Assembly: GCA_001724265.1 (NCBI GenBank)
Contig: MEDY01000442.1
Span: 1-59,077, forward strand
Length of the DNA stretch: 59,077 nucleotides
DNA from: Rhizaria sp. SCN 62-66
Lineage: Eukaryota
Reading direction: 5' to 3'
Shown here: positions 1-13,600 of the stretch, one piece after another
Numbering within the stretch: the stretch's first letter is position 1
Layout of the letters: each line of letters begins with the position of its first letter
The notes under the pieces: generated by a model
What the model saw: the letters and a program-made list of their open reading frames with translations, nothing else
What the model was told of the DNA's origin: nothing
Database searches by the model: none
Made by a program: the position numbers and the translations under genes

Positions 1-483
1 CTCGTTGTGGTCCATGATGCCCTTGGAGGTGGTCATGATGACGAGGCCGAACTGACGAGCGGGGAGGAGCTTGGTGGCCCACTCCTCGATCGACTCGAGG
101 GGCATGTCGAAGCGGGGGGAGATGACACCGCACTTGTTGATGCGACCGTTGAGGTTGACGACGATCTTGCCGGAGCGGCGGTCATCGACGATCTCGAAGT
201 CGTCAATGTAGCCTATAAACAGCAGAGCAGAACAAAGAAAAAGAGACAGATTGGGTGAGCGCAAGGTTCAGCTTCCGAAAGCGAATGCGAGAGAGGACGA
301 GCTTGGAGGGCGCTTAAGGTTGCTGTGAAGAACTAAGAGTGAGGACGTACCGTGCTTCTGCATGCACTGGAGGTACTTGACAACGACCTTGGAGGAAGGG
401 CGGACGATCACCTGGCGGCGGCCACGGCGCTCGGCGTTGGAGATGTTGACGAGAGTGTTGTTGAGGGTAGAGATAAGAACCAT
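1..483 (-). CDS. RPS15A: 40S ribosomal protein S15a (uS8), 3' end runs off the window; exons 483-351 and 212-<1
   Basis: ATG at 483. Exon 1 reads [44 protein letters not shown]. The intron 350-213 is GTACGT...TAG. Exon 2 continues [36 protein letters not shown]...LLPARQFG...[11 protein letters not shown], which is characteristic eukaryotic uS8. Confidence 0.96.
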
Positions 484-490
484 CTTTTTT

Positions 491-576
491 CTGGGGAGCG
501 AAGGCGAAAGCGGGAGGAGCAAGGATGAGAGCGGGAGCGGGAGTGGGGTGAGAAGGAATTTAATAAGGTAGGGTAC
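491..576 (-). other. Possible 5'-UTR intron of RPS15A
   Basis: On the minus strand GTACCC is followed by a long C/T-rich tract ending CCCCAG, then AAAAAAG ATG. The donor departs from the GTAYGT seen in the coding introns. Confidence 0.4.
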
Positions 577-1666
577 ATGTATAGTGGTGTTAGAAAGCGC
601 AGCCTGTGCATTGAGCGGGGCACGGCGCCCCCGCGAAAGAGTGGCCAAGACCACCCAGAGGGAGTGAAGGTGGTACCCCGCAACCAGGCTCCACAGATGG
701 CACATAAACTGAATAGCGCCTGCATACTTTGCTAAAGACAGATACACACGTCTAAAACCATCAAACAAAATAAAAACACGCGTGACGGTCGTTTCACATC
801 CACTTAGAACGATTTCCTCTCGGCCTCAAAGCTTGCCTCTGCTCGGCCTCCCCACTCTCGGGACCTGGTGCGGGACGAAACGACCTAACTTTAAAAAGGA
901 AGCCGCGAGAGTTCGACTGGGAGCTGGACTGGGACCGAGACGAGCAGAGGTTTGTTGTCGGTCTCGGTCGGTCGGTCAGTCCGGCCCACAGAGCTTTGCT
1001 CTCCCCTCGACAAATCACACACACTGGGGAAGTTGTGATTGCGAGGCACGGGAGGTCGAGCTGAGAGCGTATATTGCTGCAATTCGTATCATAGGCAAAT
1101 AATGGAGCTTGGAAGCTAGTTTCGCTATTTTGGTGACTGTTGTCGGAATTGGCACCCTGTTTCATACGAAGAAACCGTAGACGGAGGATGCTGTGACTTG
1201 CTTGGCGCGCGGTGAAAATGATCCCCCAGAGGGGTCTCTTCAACCACTGTCAGGATTTAGACGCTTTCTGAAACAACTATTTCACGTTAATAACGATCTA
1301 CTGCAATCCTGCGTGTGTCCGCATTGATGTTACCTTGAATCTGACCGCTTATCTACTTTGGCTGACTCAGATTTTCTGCTCCTCCTGCGTACGACGCGTC
1401 ACCACCTTATCTTCTACATAGCTCTGTCTAACCTTGTCCGCTCATAATCGCACATTGATATCTTTATTTTGTATCTCCTTTTCCTCCTTTCTTTGCTTTC
1501 TAGCAGTCACCTGACCTTTTGAACAACTTGTAATCGCGTCGTTTGACATCCCCGACGAGACCCTTCTCATCGTCTCGCCTCGTTTCGCACTTGCACTAGC
1601 TCCGCTTCTGCTGTGTCCACCGCGCCACTGCTGTCTCCCTGAGCGCACCCCGCTTCCCTCACTTCG

Positions 1667-4600
1667 ATGGACTACTTCTCATCCATGTGGGGCGCCGCGC
1701 CCGCGCAGCCACAGCAGCCGCCGCAGCCGCCCGCCAACACAGCGGACGTTTCCGGCGGCCCTGGCCCTAACCACGCCCAGCCGGCCGCCGCCGCCGCTCC
1801 CGCCGAGACCCACGGCGGCCCCCACGCGACCCCGGCGCCCTCGGCCCCCGAAGCCGCGGGCCCGTCGTACGTGGCGTTGATCGACTCTGCGCTGCGCCGC
1901 GAGATGGACGAGCCCCATGACGACACGGGCGCCGCCGCGCTCGGCGCCTCGATGACGCACAACATCACGCAGTCTTGGGGCGCCCCCACAGCCCCCACCG
2001 CCGCTGCTACTGGTGCGACTCCCGCTTCTGCTCATTTCCACAGCCACGCTGACACCGCTGCGACCCCTGTGCAGCCGCCGCAGCCCTCGGTGGTCGTTGC
2101 GCAGCCCCAGGCGCAGTACCCGCAGGGCCAGGGCCTGCCGGGGCGCTACGCCTCGGCCACGCCCCCGCTGCCGCCCTCGGCCGCCCACAGCAGTCACACG
2201 GCCCAGCAGCAGCAGACGCAGCTGCCGGCGCGCCCGCCCTCCGCCGCGGGCTCGGGCGCGACGATCGCACACATGGAGGAGACACTGCGCGCCGCCGTGA
2301 CCGCGGCCGAGGCCTTCTCGGCGCCGCGCATCGCCGAGTTCGACACGCTGCGCCAGCAGCTCTCGCACCTATCGGCGCAGGTCGACGGTGTGCACGGTCA
2401 GAACTCCGACCTGCGCGGCCGCCTCGCGCGCGCCGCCGCCGAGCGCACGCGCCTCACCGCCGAGTGGGAGGCCGCCGAAGCCCGCGCCGCGTCGGCTGAG
2501 GCCACGGCGGGCGTACTGCACGCGCGCGTGGGCGCGCTGGCCGAGGAGCTGGCCGGCGAGCGCACCGAGCACGCCGCTCGCGAGGCTAAGTGGGGCGCGC
2601 AGGAGACGGAGCTGGCGCGCGCCGCCGCCGCCGCCGAGGCCCGCGAGGCCGCGCTCACGGCCCGGCTGCAGCAGCTCGAGCGCGACGCCGCTGAGACCGC
2701 TGAGGCCGCAGCCGCGGGCTCTGCTGCCGCTGACGCCGAGGCCGCCGCCGCCGCCGCCACTGCGCGCGCGGCCGCGCTCGAGCAGGAGCTGGCGCGTCTA
2801 TCCGCCGCTGAGGGCGCGGCGCGCGAGTACGCCGAGGCCGTGCGCGCACAGCTCGTAGAGCAGGGCGAGCAGTTCACGCAGCGCGACCACGCGCGTGACC
2901 TGCGCGAACGGGACCTCGTGCAGCAGCTCGACGCCGCCGCCGCCGCGTTCGCCGCCAGCGCCGGTGCAAACACCGAGGGCGAGAGCAGCGGCAGCAGCAA
3001 TGCGGCCGCGCTGGCTGCTGAGCTGGCCGGCGTGCGCGCGCGCCTGGCCGAGGCCGAGGCCGCGCTGGCCGCCGCCGCCGCCGACCGCGACGCCGTGGCT
3101 CAGGAGCGCGACGCCGCGCTGGCCGAGCGCGATCAGGTGGCCGCGACGTGGCAGGACTACGCCAGGGAGCAGCAGGACCGGCTCGAGGCCGAGCTCGCAC
3201 AGCTCCGCACCGAGCTCGCCGCCGCCGCTACCAACGCCAACGCCAACAACGACAGCGCGGCTGCTGCGGCTGAGATCGAGTCGCTGCGCGCCGAGCTGGC
3301 CGCCGCGCGCGAGGCCGCGGCCGACGCCGAGGACGCGCGCGCGCTCGTCGCCGCCGAGGCCGCCGAGGCCGCGCAGACCGCCGCCATGCTGCAGACCGAG
3401 CTGGACGCCGCGCGCACACGCCTTTCCGGCCTCGACAACAACAGCAACAACAGCAGCGACGAGGTGATTGGCGGTCTGCGGGCCGAGCTGGAGCAGGCGC
3501 GCGCCGCCGCGGCCGCGCTCGAGGCCGAGCTTGCCGCCAGCGCCGCCGAGGCCGCCGCAACGGCCGCCGCGCTACAGCAGGCGCAGGCCGAGAACGCCGC
3601 GCTCTCCGCCGCCGCGGCTGCCGCCGCCGTGGAGGGTGCGGCCAACACGGCCGCCGCGGCCGCGGCGAGCGAGGCCGTCGCGCTGGCGGAGCTTGAGGCG
3701 CGGCTGGCCGCGACTGCCGCCGAGGCGCAGCGCGCAGGCGAGGAGGCGGCCGCGCTGCGCGTGCGCGTGGCCGAGCTGTCCCAGGCCGCGGAGCAGCACG
3801 TCGAGGTTCAGCTGCAGCTCAACGACCGGCTCGGCGCCGCGCTGCAGCAGCTCGCCGACGCCGGTGGCAAGAGCAACAGCAACGCGCCTGCCGCGCCTGC
3901 TGAGACTGAGTCTAATAGCGGTGAGGCCGGCAGCGAGCTCGCTGCCCGCCTGGCCGCCGCCGAGGCCGCGCTGGCCGAGGCGCGCGAGGCCGTCGCGCAG
4001 CGCGACGCGACGCTGCAGCAGGGCGCCGAGGGCTATAACGCGCTCTACGCGCACGCCACGGGGCTCGCGGAGCAGCTCCAGAACCTCCAGGCTTCGGTCG
4101 CCGCAAGCGCCAGCAGTGCCGCCAACGCTGGCGCTCATCCTGAGCAGGAGGCCGGGGCCGCGGAGGCCGAATCCGAGTCTGCCGAGAAGAAGAGCGATGA
4201 CGCAACCACTGCTGCAGCCACTGCTGCTGCGGCGGCGGCGGCTGCGGAGGAGGTTGCCCGCGCTCAGGAGGCCGCCGCTGCCGCCGCCGATGCCGCGGCC
4301 GCCGCCATCGCGCGCGCTGAGGCTGCTGAGGCCGCTGCCGCCGCCGCTGAGGCCGCTCGCGCTGAGGCCGAGGCCGTCGCCGCCGCCGCCGAGGCCGCCA
4401 AGTTTGCTGCCGAGGAGGCCAAGGGCGCCGCCGAGTATGACAAGGCCGCCGCCGAGGCCCGCGCCGCCGCCGCCGAGGACGCCGCTGCCAACGCTGCCGT
4501 CACCGCCGCTGCCAATGCGGCCGGCAGCGCGTCGATGCTCACGGTCACCGCGCCCCCTCAGCCCTTCACTATGGGCGGCGACGGCGAGACCGAGGGCGAG

Positions 4601-7600
4601 ACGCTGTTCGCGGTGCCGAACGAGACGGCCGACGCCGAGGCCGCGGCCATCGCCGCAGTGGACTCCGCCTTCGGTTCGCCGGCCGTGCACGACCCCAGCG
4701 AGCAGGGCCTGGGCGCCCACGGCCACGACGCCGAGGCGCACGGCCATGGCCACGGCGCCAGCGGGCTCAACGGCTACTTCGACACGCCCTTCGCCGTCCC
4801 CACCGACAACAACAGCTACGCTCTCCCGCACGCACACGCCGACTCGAGCGCTGGCACTGCCACTGCCACTGCCACTGCCACTGCCACTGAGACTGCGACT
4901 GAAACTGAGGTCGCCGCACTGCGTGCCGAGCTGGCCGCCGCGCGCGACGCCGCCGCCGCTGCCGAGGCCGCTATGGCCGCTGCCGAGGCCGCCAAGGCTG
5001 CGGCCGAGGAGGAGGCCGAGGCCGCTGCGCTGCGCGCGTGGGCAGAGCAAGAGCAGGCGGCCGAGGCCGCGCAGCTGCAGCTGCAGCTCAGCACGGCCCA
5101 GGGCCAGCTCAGCGAGGCCCACGGTCAGATCTCCGCCGCCCACGGTCAGCTGGCCGCGGCGCAGGGCGAAGTCGAGGCACTCAGGGCCCTCGTCGCGTCG
5201 CTCGAGGCCGCCGCCGCCGCTACCACTGCGTCTGCCGCAGCTCCTGCTCAGGACGGTGAGACTAAGTCTGCCTTGGGCTCCGACCATGTTGCTCCAGCTA
5301 CAGCTGTTTCTGTCACTACTGTCGACGGCGCTGCCCCTGTCGAGCTGCAGCAGCAGCACCAGCAGCAGGAAGCGAACCCCTTCGCCGTCCCGACGCACGG
5401 CAACGGCGCCTTTGCGCCTGTCGCGGAGACCGGCTTCGCTGCCGACAGCTTCGCTGCCGACGGCGGCCTGGACCTGGGTCTGGGCGGGGGCGTCGACGTC
5501 GACGCGCTTTTCGGCGGCGACGACGCCGGCTTCGCGAGCACCGACTCGGCCAACCCGTTCGCCTCGGTCGCCACCTCGGACCCCTTCGCCGGCGCCGCCG
5601 ACCCCTTCGCGGCCCCCATGCCCGTGCCCTCCGCCGCAGACTTCGCTGCCACTGCCCCTGCCACTGATGCTGCTGTTGAGGCTGATGCCGCCAACCCCTT
5701 TGGTGCGCCCGTCGAGAGTGACCCTTTCAGTGCGCCTGTCGAGAGCAATCCTTTCGGTGCGCCGGCTGACGCGAGTAATCCTTTCGGCGCCTCCGTGGCC
5801 GACGCTGCCAACCCCTTCGGCGCCCCCGTGGCTGATGGCAACAACCCCTTCGGCGCCCCTGCCACCGCTGCTGCCGACCCCTTCGGTGCTCCCATCAACG
5901 GTGACTTCGGCTTCGGCGGCGACCTGAACGCCAATGACGACGACGGCATGCTGCCGACAGCCGACGACATCGCCGCCGCCGAGCCCATCGCTGCCGCTGC
6001 TACCACCGCGGCCACTGCGACGACGACTGCGGTCGAGAGCGACAGTGCTGAGCCGATGGTGCCGGCCACAGTCGCCGCCGCCGCTGAGGCCGCCGCCGCC
6101 GAGGCCCGCGCCGAGGCTGCTGCCGCCCGCGCGGAGACCGAGGCCGCCCGGGCCGCGGCAGTCGCCGCCGAGGCCGCTGCCGCCGAGGCCGCCGCCGCCA
6201 AGAACGCCGCGGAGCACGAGGTCGAGCTTGCGCGCGCCGCCGCCGCAAAGGCCGACGCCCGCGCTGCCCAGCTCGAGGCCGCCCTTGCCGCCGCCGCCAC
6301 TTCCGCTGCTGCTGAGCCTGCTGTCGCTGCGCCTGTTGCTGAGGAGGACGACGGCGTTGCCTTCCACTGGCAGGCCGAGTCTGAGCCCGCTGCCGCCGCA
6401 GCTGCTGCCGTTGGTGCTGATGTCAACCCCTTCGGCCCCGTTTGTGGCGACGCCGCTGCCGCCCTCGACATCGACAACGACGACAACGGCGCCTTCGGTC
6501 TGTTCGGCAGCGACACCAACGCTACCAATGCTAACACCGCCGAGGCCGACGGGGCCTTCTCGTTCCCCCAGGACGCAGGCTTCGGCCCTTCAGCCGCGGA
6601 CCCCTTCGCCGCCCCCTTCTCCGCGCTCGGCGCTGCTGCCACCGCGAACGCCGCCGCGGAGGCCGCTGAGGCCGACGCCGCCGCCATGCCGGCGCCGCTC
6701 AACTCTAGCATCATCCAGTTCGCCTTCCCGGGCGCCAACGACGACGATGACGGCGAGGGCGAGGCTGGCAACGCTGGCGACGACGGCGGCATTCTCGCCG
6801 TCCTCGGCCACGAGCCCGCGCCCGCCGTGCACTCGCACTCAAGCCGCGGCCACAGCCTCAGCCACACGCCCGTGCCCGGCCTCTCGGCCGCCGATACCGA
6901 GGCCGCCGCCGCCGCTGCTGCTGAGCTGGCCGCGCTGCGGTCGCAAGTCGCGGCACTGCAGCAGCAGCAGCACGCCGCCGAGGCCGCCCTCGCGGAGGCC
7001 ACCGCGCGCGCCGCTGCCGCCGAAGCCACGGCCGCTGACGCCGCGGCTCTGGTGGCCGCCGAGCGCGACGCCGCTCTGGCCCGCGCCGCCGCGGCTGAGT
7101 CCGCCGCCGCTGCCGCCAGCGCCGCGGCCAGCGCCGCCAGTGCCGCGGCCGGTGGCGACGCAAGCGCGCTGGTGGCACAGCTGCAGAGCGCGCAGGCTGA
7201 GGGCGCCGCCAAGGACGAGGTGATCACGCGCTTCGAGGCCGCGCTCGACAAGGTCAAGACGCAGGCCAAGGCCAAGCTCGCCGCGCTGCGCGACGAGAAG
7301 CAGCTCGCCACCGACCGCGCCGACGCCGCCGAGGCCGCGCTCGCCGCCGCACAGGCCGCCGCGCATGCCGCGCACTCGGATGCGCAGGCCGGCGACTCGA
7401 CCGCCGCTGTCGACGCTGAGGCCGCTGCCGCTGCGGCGGCGCGTCTGGCCGAGGTCGAGGGCCAACTGGCCGCCGCCGTGGCCGCCGCAGACGCCGCGCG
7501 CGCCGAGGCGGCTCAAGCGCAGGCGCAGGTCGCCGCGGCGCAGGCGCAGTGGACGGCCTGGGAGCAGGAGCTCTCGGCCGCGCGCGCCGACGCCGCCGCC

Positions 7601-10600
7601 GCGCGCGCTGAGGCCGCGACTGCCTCCGCCGAGGCCACCGCCGCGCAGCTCGAGCTGGCGACGGCGACGGCCGCGCTGGCCGCCGCACAGACCGCGGCCG
7701 CCGAGGCCGAGGCCCGCGTGGCCGCCGCCGAGGCTGCTGCGCAGGCCGCCACCGCCGCCACCGAGGCCGCTGCCGACGAGGCCGAGGCCGCACGCGCGCA
7801 GGCGGCCGCGACAGCGCAGCAGCTCGCCGACGCGCAGGCGCAACTGGCCGCGCTGGCCGCCGCCGACTCGGAGCGCGTCGCGCTGGCCGCCGCGCTCGAG
7901 GCCGCGCGCGCCGCCGCGACCGCCGCCGAAGAGGCCCGGGCCGCGGCCGAGTCTGCGCGCGCCGAGGTCGAGGCCGGCAAGACCGCCGCCGAGGCCGCCG
8001 CGGCGCAAGCCAACGAGCACGCGGCGGCGACGGCGGCCGCGCTCGTGGCGCGCGAGGCACAGTTCCAGGAGGCCCATGCGCAGTATGCGGCTGCGCACGC
8101 CGCCGCCGTGGCCGCCGCCGAGGCCGCGCAGGCGCAGGCCGCCGGGCTGACGGCCCAGCTGCAGGCGCAGGCGGAGCAGACGCAGGAGCAGACTCAGCAA
8201 CTCCAGGCCCAACTCCAGGCGCAGGCCGAGGCCAACGCCGCCGCAGAGCAGGCCAAGGCCGCTGCTGAGGAGGCCAAGGCTGCCGCTGAGGCCGCCGCGC
8301 GCGACGCTGCCGCGCGCGCTGCTGCTCTGGAGCAGGAGGTCGCCGCTCTCTCTGCTTCGGCCGCCGCCGCTGCTGCTGCCGCTGAGGCCGCCGCCGCCGC
8401 TGTGGCTGCTGCGCGCGCCGAGTGGGACAGCGACGAGCGTCTGGCGCGCGAGCTGGTCCAAGACGAGCTGGCAGCCGCCGAGGGCGCGCGCCGCGACGCC
8501 GCCGCCGAGGCCGACCGCCTGCGCGAGGACGTCGCCGCCGCGCGCGCCGAGGCCGCCGCGCTCGAGCACCAACTCGCGCAGGCGCGCGCTGACGCAGACG
8601 CCGCCGCCGCTAACGCCGCTGCTGCAAACGCTTCTGCTGCACCCGTGGATCCGTTCGCCAGCGCCGTGCCCGCCATCCCGGTTGCCGTGGCTGTGTCCGC
8701 GCCCGCGGCGGGCGACGCGACGCTGGCGCTCGACTCACTCTTCGGCGGCGTGGCCGAGGCGCCGCCAGTCGCCGTCGCGCTGCTTGACGGCAACGCCACC
8801 GCCAGCGCGGTGGGCGGGGCGGATCCCTTCGCCTTCCCGCTCATGCCGCCCGTCGGCACCGCTGTCGCTGCTGCTGAGGCTGAGACTGCGGTCCCCAAGG
8901 AGGCGGACAACGACTTCTTCGGCGGCGGCTTCGGCGGCTTCGGTGCCAACGACGACTCCGCCATCGCTGCTGCTGCGCCCGCATTCCCCGTGTTCGGCGA
9001 GTTCCCCACTGCTGCCTTCCCCGCAGACGATGACGTCACCGTCACCACTAACACCGCCACTGCGACTGCCGCCGCCACCGAGGCCGCTGAGGCCGCCGAG
9101 GCCGCGGCCGAGGAGGTCGCGGCCCTGCGCGCCGCGCTGGCCGCGGCCGAGTCGAGCGCTGACGCCCTGCGCGCGCAGCTGGCCGACGCGGCCGACGCCA
9201 CCGCCGCGGCCGAGGGTGCGGCCGCCGAGGCCAGCGCCGACGCTGACGCCGCGCGCGCCGCCGTCGTCACTGCGCGCCTGCAGCTCGAGGTGCTGCAGGA
9301 GCGCTATGCCGCCGAGAAGGAGCAACTCCTCGCCGCCGCCGCTGCCAACAACGCTCCTGCCGCTGCGGAGCCCGAGGCCGCTGTGATGCCGGCGATGCCG
9401 GCCTTCTTCGGCGAGGACGCCAGCGCCGCCTCTGTGCCGGTCACCGTCACGGTGCAGGGCGAGGCGGCGGCCCAGGCGGAGCCGGAGAGCACCGTCTTCG
9501 GCCTCTTCGGCACGCCGCTCATCGCGCCCACCGCCGCCGCCGAGCCCTCGGCAGCGACAGCGACTGCTGGTGACATGGGCGGCATGGGAGGTAACGGGGA
9601 CTTCGACCTCAGCGACAACCTCGTGCCCTTCTGGGGCTCCGAGGCCGCTGAGCCCGCGCCCGTGGCCGTGGCCGTCTCCAACGCCACCGACCCCTTCGCG
9701 GCCCCCGTAAACTCCGTGGACCCCTTCGCCGCGAACGCTGACCCCTTCGCCGCTAACGCCGACCCCTTCGCTCCCGCTGCCGCGACCCCCGCTGCTGCTG
9801 CTGAGACTGCGACTGCAACGGAGGACGCCGATGCTGCCACCGCCGCCGCCACCGCCGCCGCTGCTGCCGCCGCTGTTGCTGCCTCTGCTGCCCGCATCGC
9901 CGAGCTCGAGGCTGAGCTGGCCGCCACGCGCGCCGCCGCGGCCGAATCCGCTGCGGCGGCGCCGTCCGCGGAGTCCGTGGAGACGCTGCAGGCCGAGCTG
10001 CACTCGGCGCAGTCCGAGCTGGGCCGCACGCGCGCGTCGCTGAGCCTCACCGAGAGCGCGCGCGCCAACGCCGAGGACTACGCCACGCGCCTGCAGACGG
10101 AGCTGGCCGCCGCCAAGGCGCAGCTTGCCGCCGCTCAGACCGCTCCGGCCTCGGCTGCGCAGGCTGTACACGAACCGGAGGTGGCGGGCGCCATCGGCAA
10201 CTACTTCAGCGAGATCGTCGCTCCCGCCTCGGAGCCCGAAGCCGCGCCTGCTGAGCCCACCGCTGCCCCCGCCGCCCCCACGGTCAGCGAGGACGAGATC
10301 GCCGCGGCCCGCGCGCGCGTGGCTGCGCTCGAGGCCGAGCTGGCGGCGGCGCAGACCGAGGCCGCGACCGCGCGCGCCGAGTCGGCCGCGCTGCAGGAGG
10401 GCGCGGACAAGCTGATCGAGAAGTACACACGCGCCGTGGACAAGATCAAGGAGCTGCGCGGCACCAAGGAGCAGCTGGAGGCCGCCAAGGCCCAGCTCGA
10501 GGGCGCGCTCGCCGCCGCCAGCGCCGAGACCGCCGCCGCGCAGGCCCAGGCCGCCGCTGCCGCCGCCGCCGCCTCGGCCGCCTCCGCGCTCGCGCTTGAG

Positions 10601-13600
10601 GCCCCCACGCCCATGTCTCTGCCCATGCCATCCGACCCCGCTGCGACGGCGGCGGCGACTGAGGCCGAGGCTGACGTCGTGTCGCCCACGCTCGCGGGCG
10701 CTTTCCCCGACTGGGGCTCTTGGGGCTCCGACAACACCGCCGCTGCCGAGGCCGCCGAGCCCACGGTCCCCGCGACCACCGGCGGGGCCGAGGACGCTGA
10801 CATGGAGGAGGTCGAGGAGGTCGTCAACGTCGAGGTCGCGCTCGACGACTTCAACAACAACACTGCCAACGCCAGCGCGAACACCGCGAGCACTGTGAGC
10901 GCCGAGGCGCTGGCCGCGGCCGAGGCGCACGCGCACAGCGCCGCCGCCGAGGCCGCCGCGCTGCGCGACGAGGCCTCCGCGCTTAAGGACGCCGTCGAGG
11001 CGCTCGAGGGCGACGTGGCGCTGGCGCGCGAGCGCGAGGCCGCCGCCACGGCCGCCGCGGCGCGCGAGCTGGACACGGTGCGCGCCGAGCTCACCGAGGC
11101 CTACGCGCAGCTCAACGCACTCCGCCGCGACGCCGCCATCGCCGCCGCCGCCACCGCCGCCGTCAACGCCGGCTCTGTCGCCACTGGAGGCCTCGCTGAC
11201 AGCGAGCTGCCCGCGAACGCGAGCATGGCGCTGAGCGAGGCCGACGCGGCAGCCGCCGTGGTGGAGCGCGACGCCGCCGTGGCGCGTGTGCGCGCGCTCG
11301 AGGCCGTGCAGGTCGAGCTGGAGGCCAAGCTCGCGGAGCTGCAGACGGCGCTGGGCGATGTGTCGGGCGCGATGTCGGCGCAGCAGGGCCAGATGCAGGC
11401 TGCGCAGGAGCAGTGGACGGCGCAGCTCGTGCAGTACCAGCAGCAGGTGCAGCAGCAGATGTCCGCGCAGGCGCAGCAGCAGGCCGCGCAGCAGGCGGCG
11501 CTCATGGCCGCCGTGGGGCTGGATCCCGCCGCGCCGCTGCCTGAGGACGTGCAGGCCCGCGCCGCGCAGTACTACCAGGCGCAGGCCGAGGCCGCCGCCG
11601 CCGCCGCCGCCGCCGCCGCTGCTGCTACTGCTGAGGCTGCTCCCGCTGCGGCCGCCGCCACCGAGGCTGAGACTGCGGCCGCTGTTCCCGAGGGTGCCGC
11701 GCCAGTGAGCACCCACCATGACGCCGACGCCGACGCTGACTTCGCCAACGCCTTCGACGGCATCGGCGGCAGCGCCGAGCCCGAGGTTCACGCTCAGACT
11801 GAGGCTGCTCCCGAGGCCGTTGACACCGACGCCGCCGCTGTCGGCGTGCTGTCCGCTGCGGCCGACGCCGTCGCCAACGACATCGAGGCCGAGTTCGCTG
11901 CTGCCGCGGTTGACGCTGCTGCTGCCGCTGAGGCTGCCGCTGCTGCTGAGGCCGCCGCTGCTGCTGCTGCTGCTGCTGTTGCGGCGCCTGAGGCGGCTCC
12001 CGAGGCTGTCCCTGAGGCAGTCGCTGAGCCTGCAGCTCCAGAGTCCGCGGCCCCCGAGTCCGCTGACGTTGACGCTGCTGCTGCTGCTGCTGGAACCGAG
12101 CCCGCCGCTGCTGACACCGACGCCGCTGCCGCCGCCGCCGCTGCCGCTGCCGAGCGCACGGCCGCTTACGCAGCACTCGCGGCTGACGACCTGGCCGCGC
12201 GGCTGGTTGCGCTCGAGGGCCAGTTCGGGCAGTACCAGGCGCAGTGCGGCGCGCAGATGCAGCAGTACCACGCCGCGGCCGCGCAGGCCACGGAGCAGGT
12301 CGCGCAGTATTACGCCGCCGGGCAGCAGGTCCAAGAGCACGCCGCCGCGCTCGCCGCGCAGGTGCAGCAGCTCCAGCAGCAGCTCCACGACGCAGAGGCC
12401 CGCGCCGCCGCCGCCCCCGCTGACGCGACTGCCGCCGAGTCCGACTCCTCGTCTGCGCCTGCCGTGTCGATGCCCGCTCCGGCCCCGGCCCCCGTGGTCG
12501 CGAACGGCGGCGACGACTCGAGCGTCGGCGTAGCGACCGAGGCCGTGCAGGTGCTGGCGGTCGAGGTGGCGGCGTGCCGCGCGGCGCTGGCCGTGCGCGA
12601 CGTGTACATCGCCGAGCAGGCCAAGCGCCTCGAGATGCTCCGCGGACTCGAGTCCGCCAAGCTCGCAGAGGACGCCGAGAAGCGCAAGCGCGAAGCCGCC
12701 GCCAAGGCCGCCGCCAAGGCCGCCAAGGAGGCCGCCGAGGAGGCCGCACGCGCCAAGAGCAAGACACTGATGGGCCGCATGTTCGGCCCGAAGCCGAAGC
12801 AGTGGCAGCCCGGAGACCCCGACTCGGAGGACGAGGGCGCTCACCCGGCGCTGCCGCCCATGCCGGCCTCGGAGCTGGCCTTCGGCACCGAGCTGGGCGC
12901 TCCCCCCGCCGCCGTGCCCGCGCGCGGCGCGCTGTGGGCCGCCGTGGCCGCCGCGGGTCCCTTGGCGCGCGTGGACCCCGCGGCCGTGCTGGCCGACACC
13001 GACGGCACCGCGGTCTCGGTCGCCGGCACGCCCGCCGCGTCCACCGCGCTCTCGGCGGTACTCTCGGCGCCGCCCGTCGTGACGGTGAGCAACAAGTTCC
13101 AGCGCAAGGAGCGCGGCGTGTCGTCGCGCTACGCTATCGAGCAGGACGACATAGTTGCCGACGCCGCGGCCGCCGCCGACGATGCTGCCGCTGCTGCTGC
13201 TGCCGCCGCGCTCATGGCCGCCGCCGCCGCGCCCGCGTTCCCCGACGCCACGATGCTCGGCGGCGACGCCGGCATGGACTCGGCCGCCGCCGCCGCCGCC
13301 ACGCCCGTGTCCGCCGCGGCCAACCCCTGGCTGGCGGGCTCTGACGCCGCCGCCTCCGAGGCCGGCGGCGCCCCCGGCGGCTTCGGCGGCGCCATGGCCG
13401 TGGCCCGCCGCGCCGCGCCGCGCTCAGCCGCGTCCTCCGCCGCGTCCGCAGCCGGCGACGACGCCGCGCTCGAGACGGACGGTTTCCCGGGCGCCAGCTC
13501 CGTTGCCGACAAGCTCAAACAACTCAAGGAGAAGCGCGAGCGCGAGCGCCAGGCGCGCCAGGCCGCCGCCGCCGCCGCCGCGGACGCCGCACTCACCGGC

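Noticed and set aside
782-1648. Small ORFs between RPS15A and the giant ORF
   Set aside because: No coding-type codon bias or motifs; most likely divergent promoter and UTR sequence.
5690-5890. Regularly spaced ~30-nt repeats that superficially resemble a CRISPR array
   Set aside because: They are degenerate in-frame coding repeats (NPFGAP) in a eukaryotic gene, with no unique spacers and no cas genes.
8735-12844. 1369-aa antisense ORF and many other long overlapping ORFs (e.g. 3572-6367, 44942-48328, 18354-20594)
   Set aside because: These are shadow frames of GC-rich, Ala-codon-rich genes. The translations are Gly/Arg/Pro-rich with no recognisable motifs.
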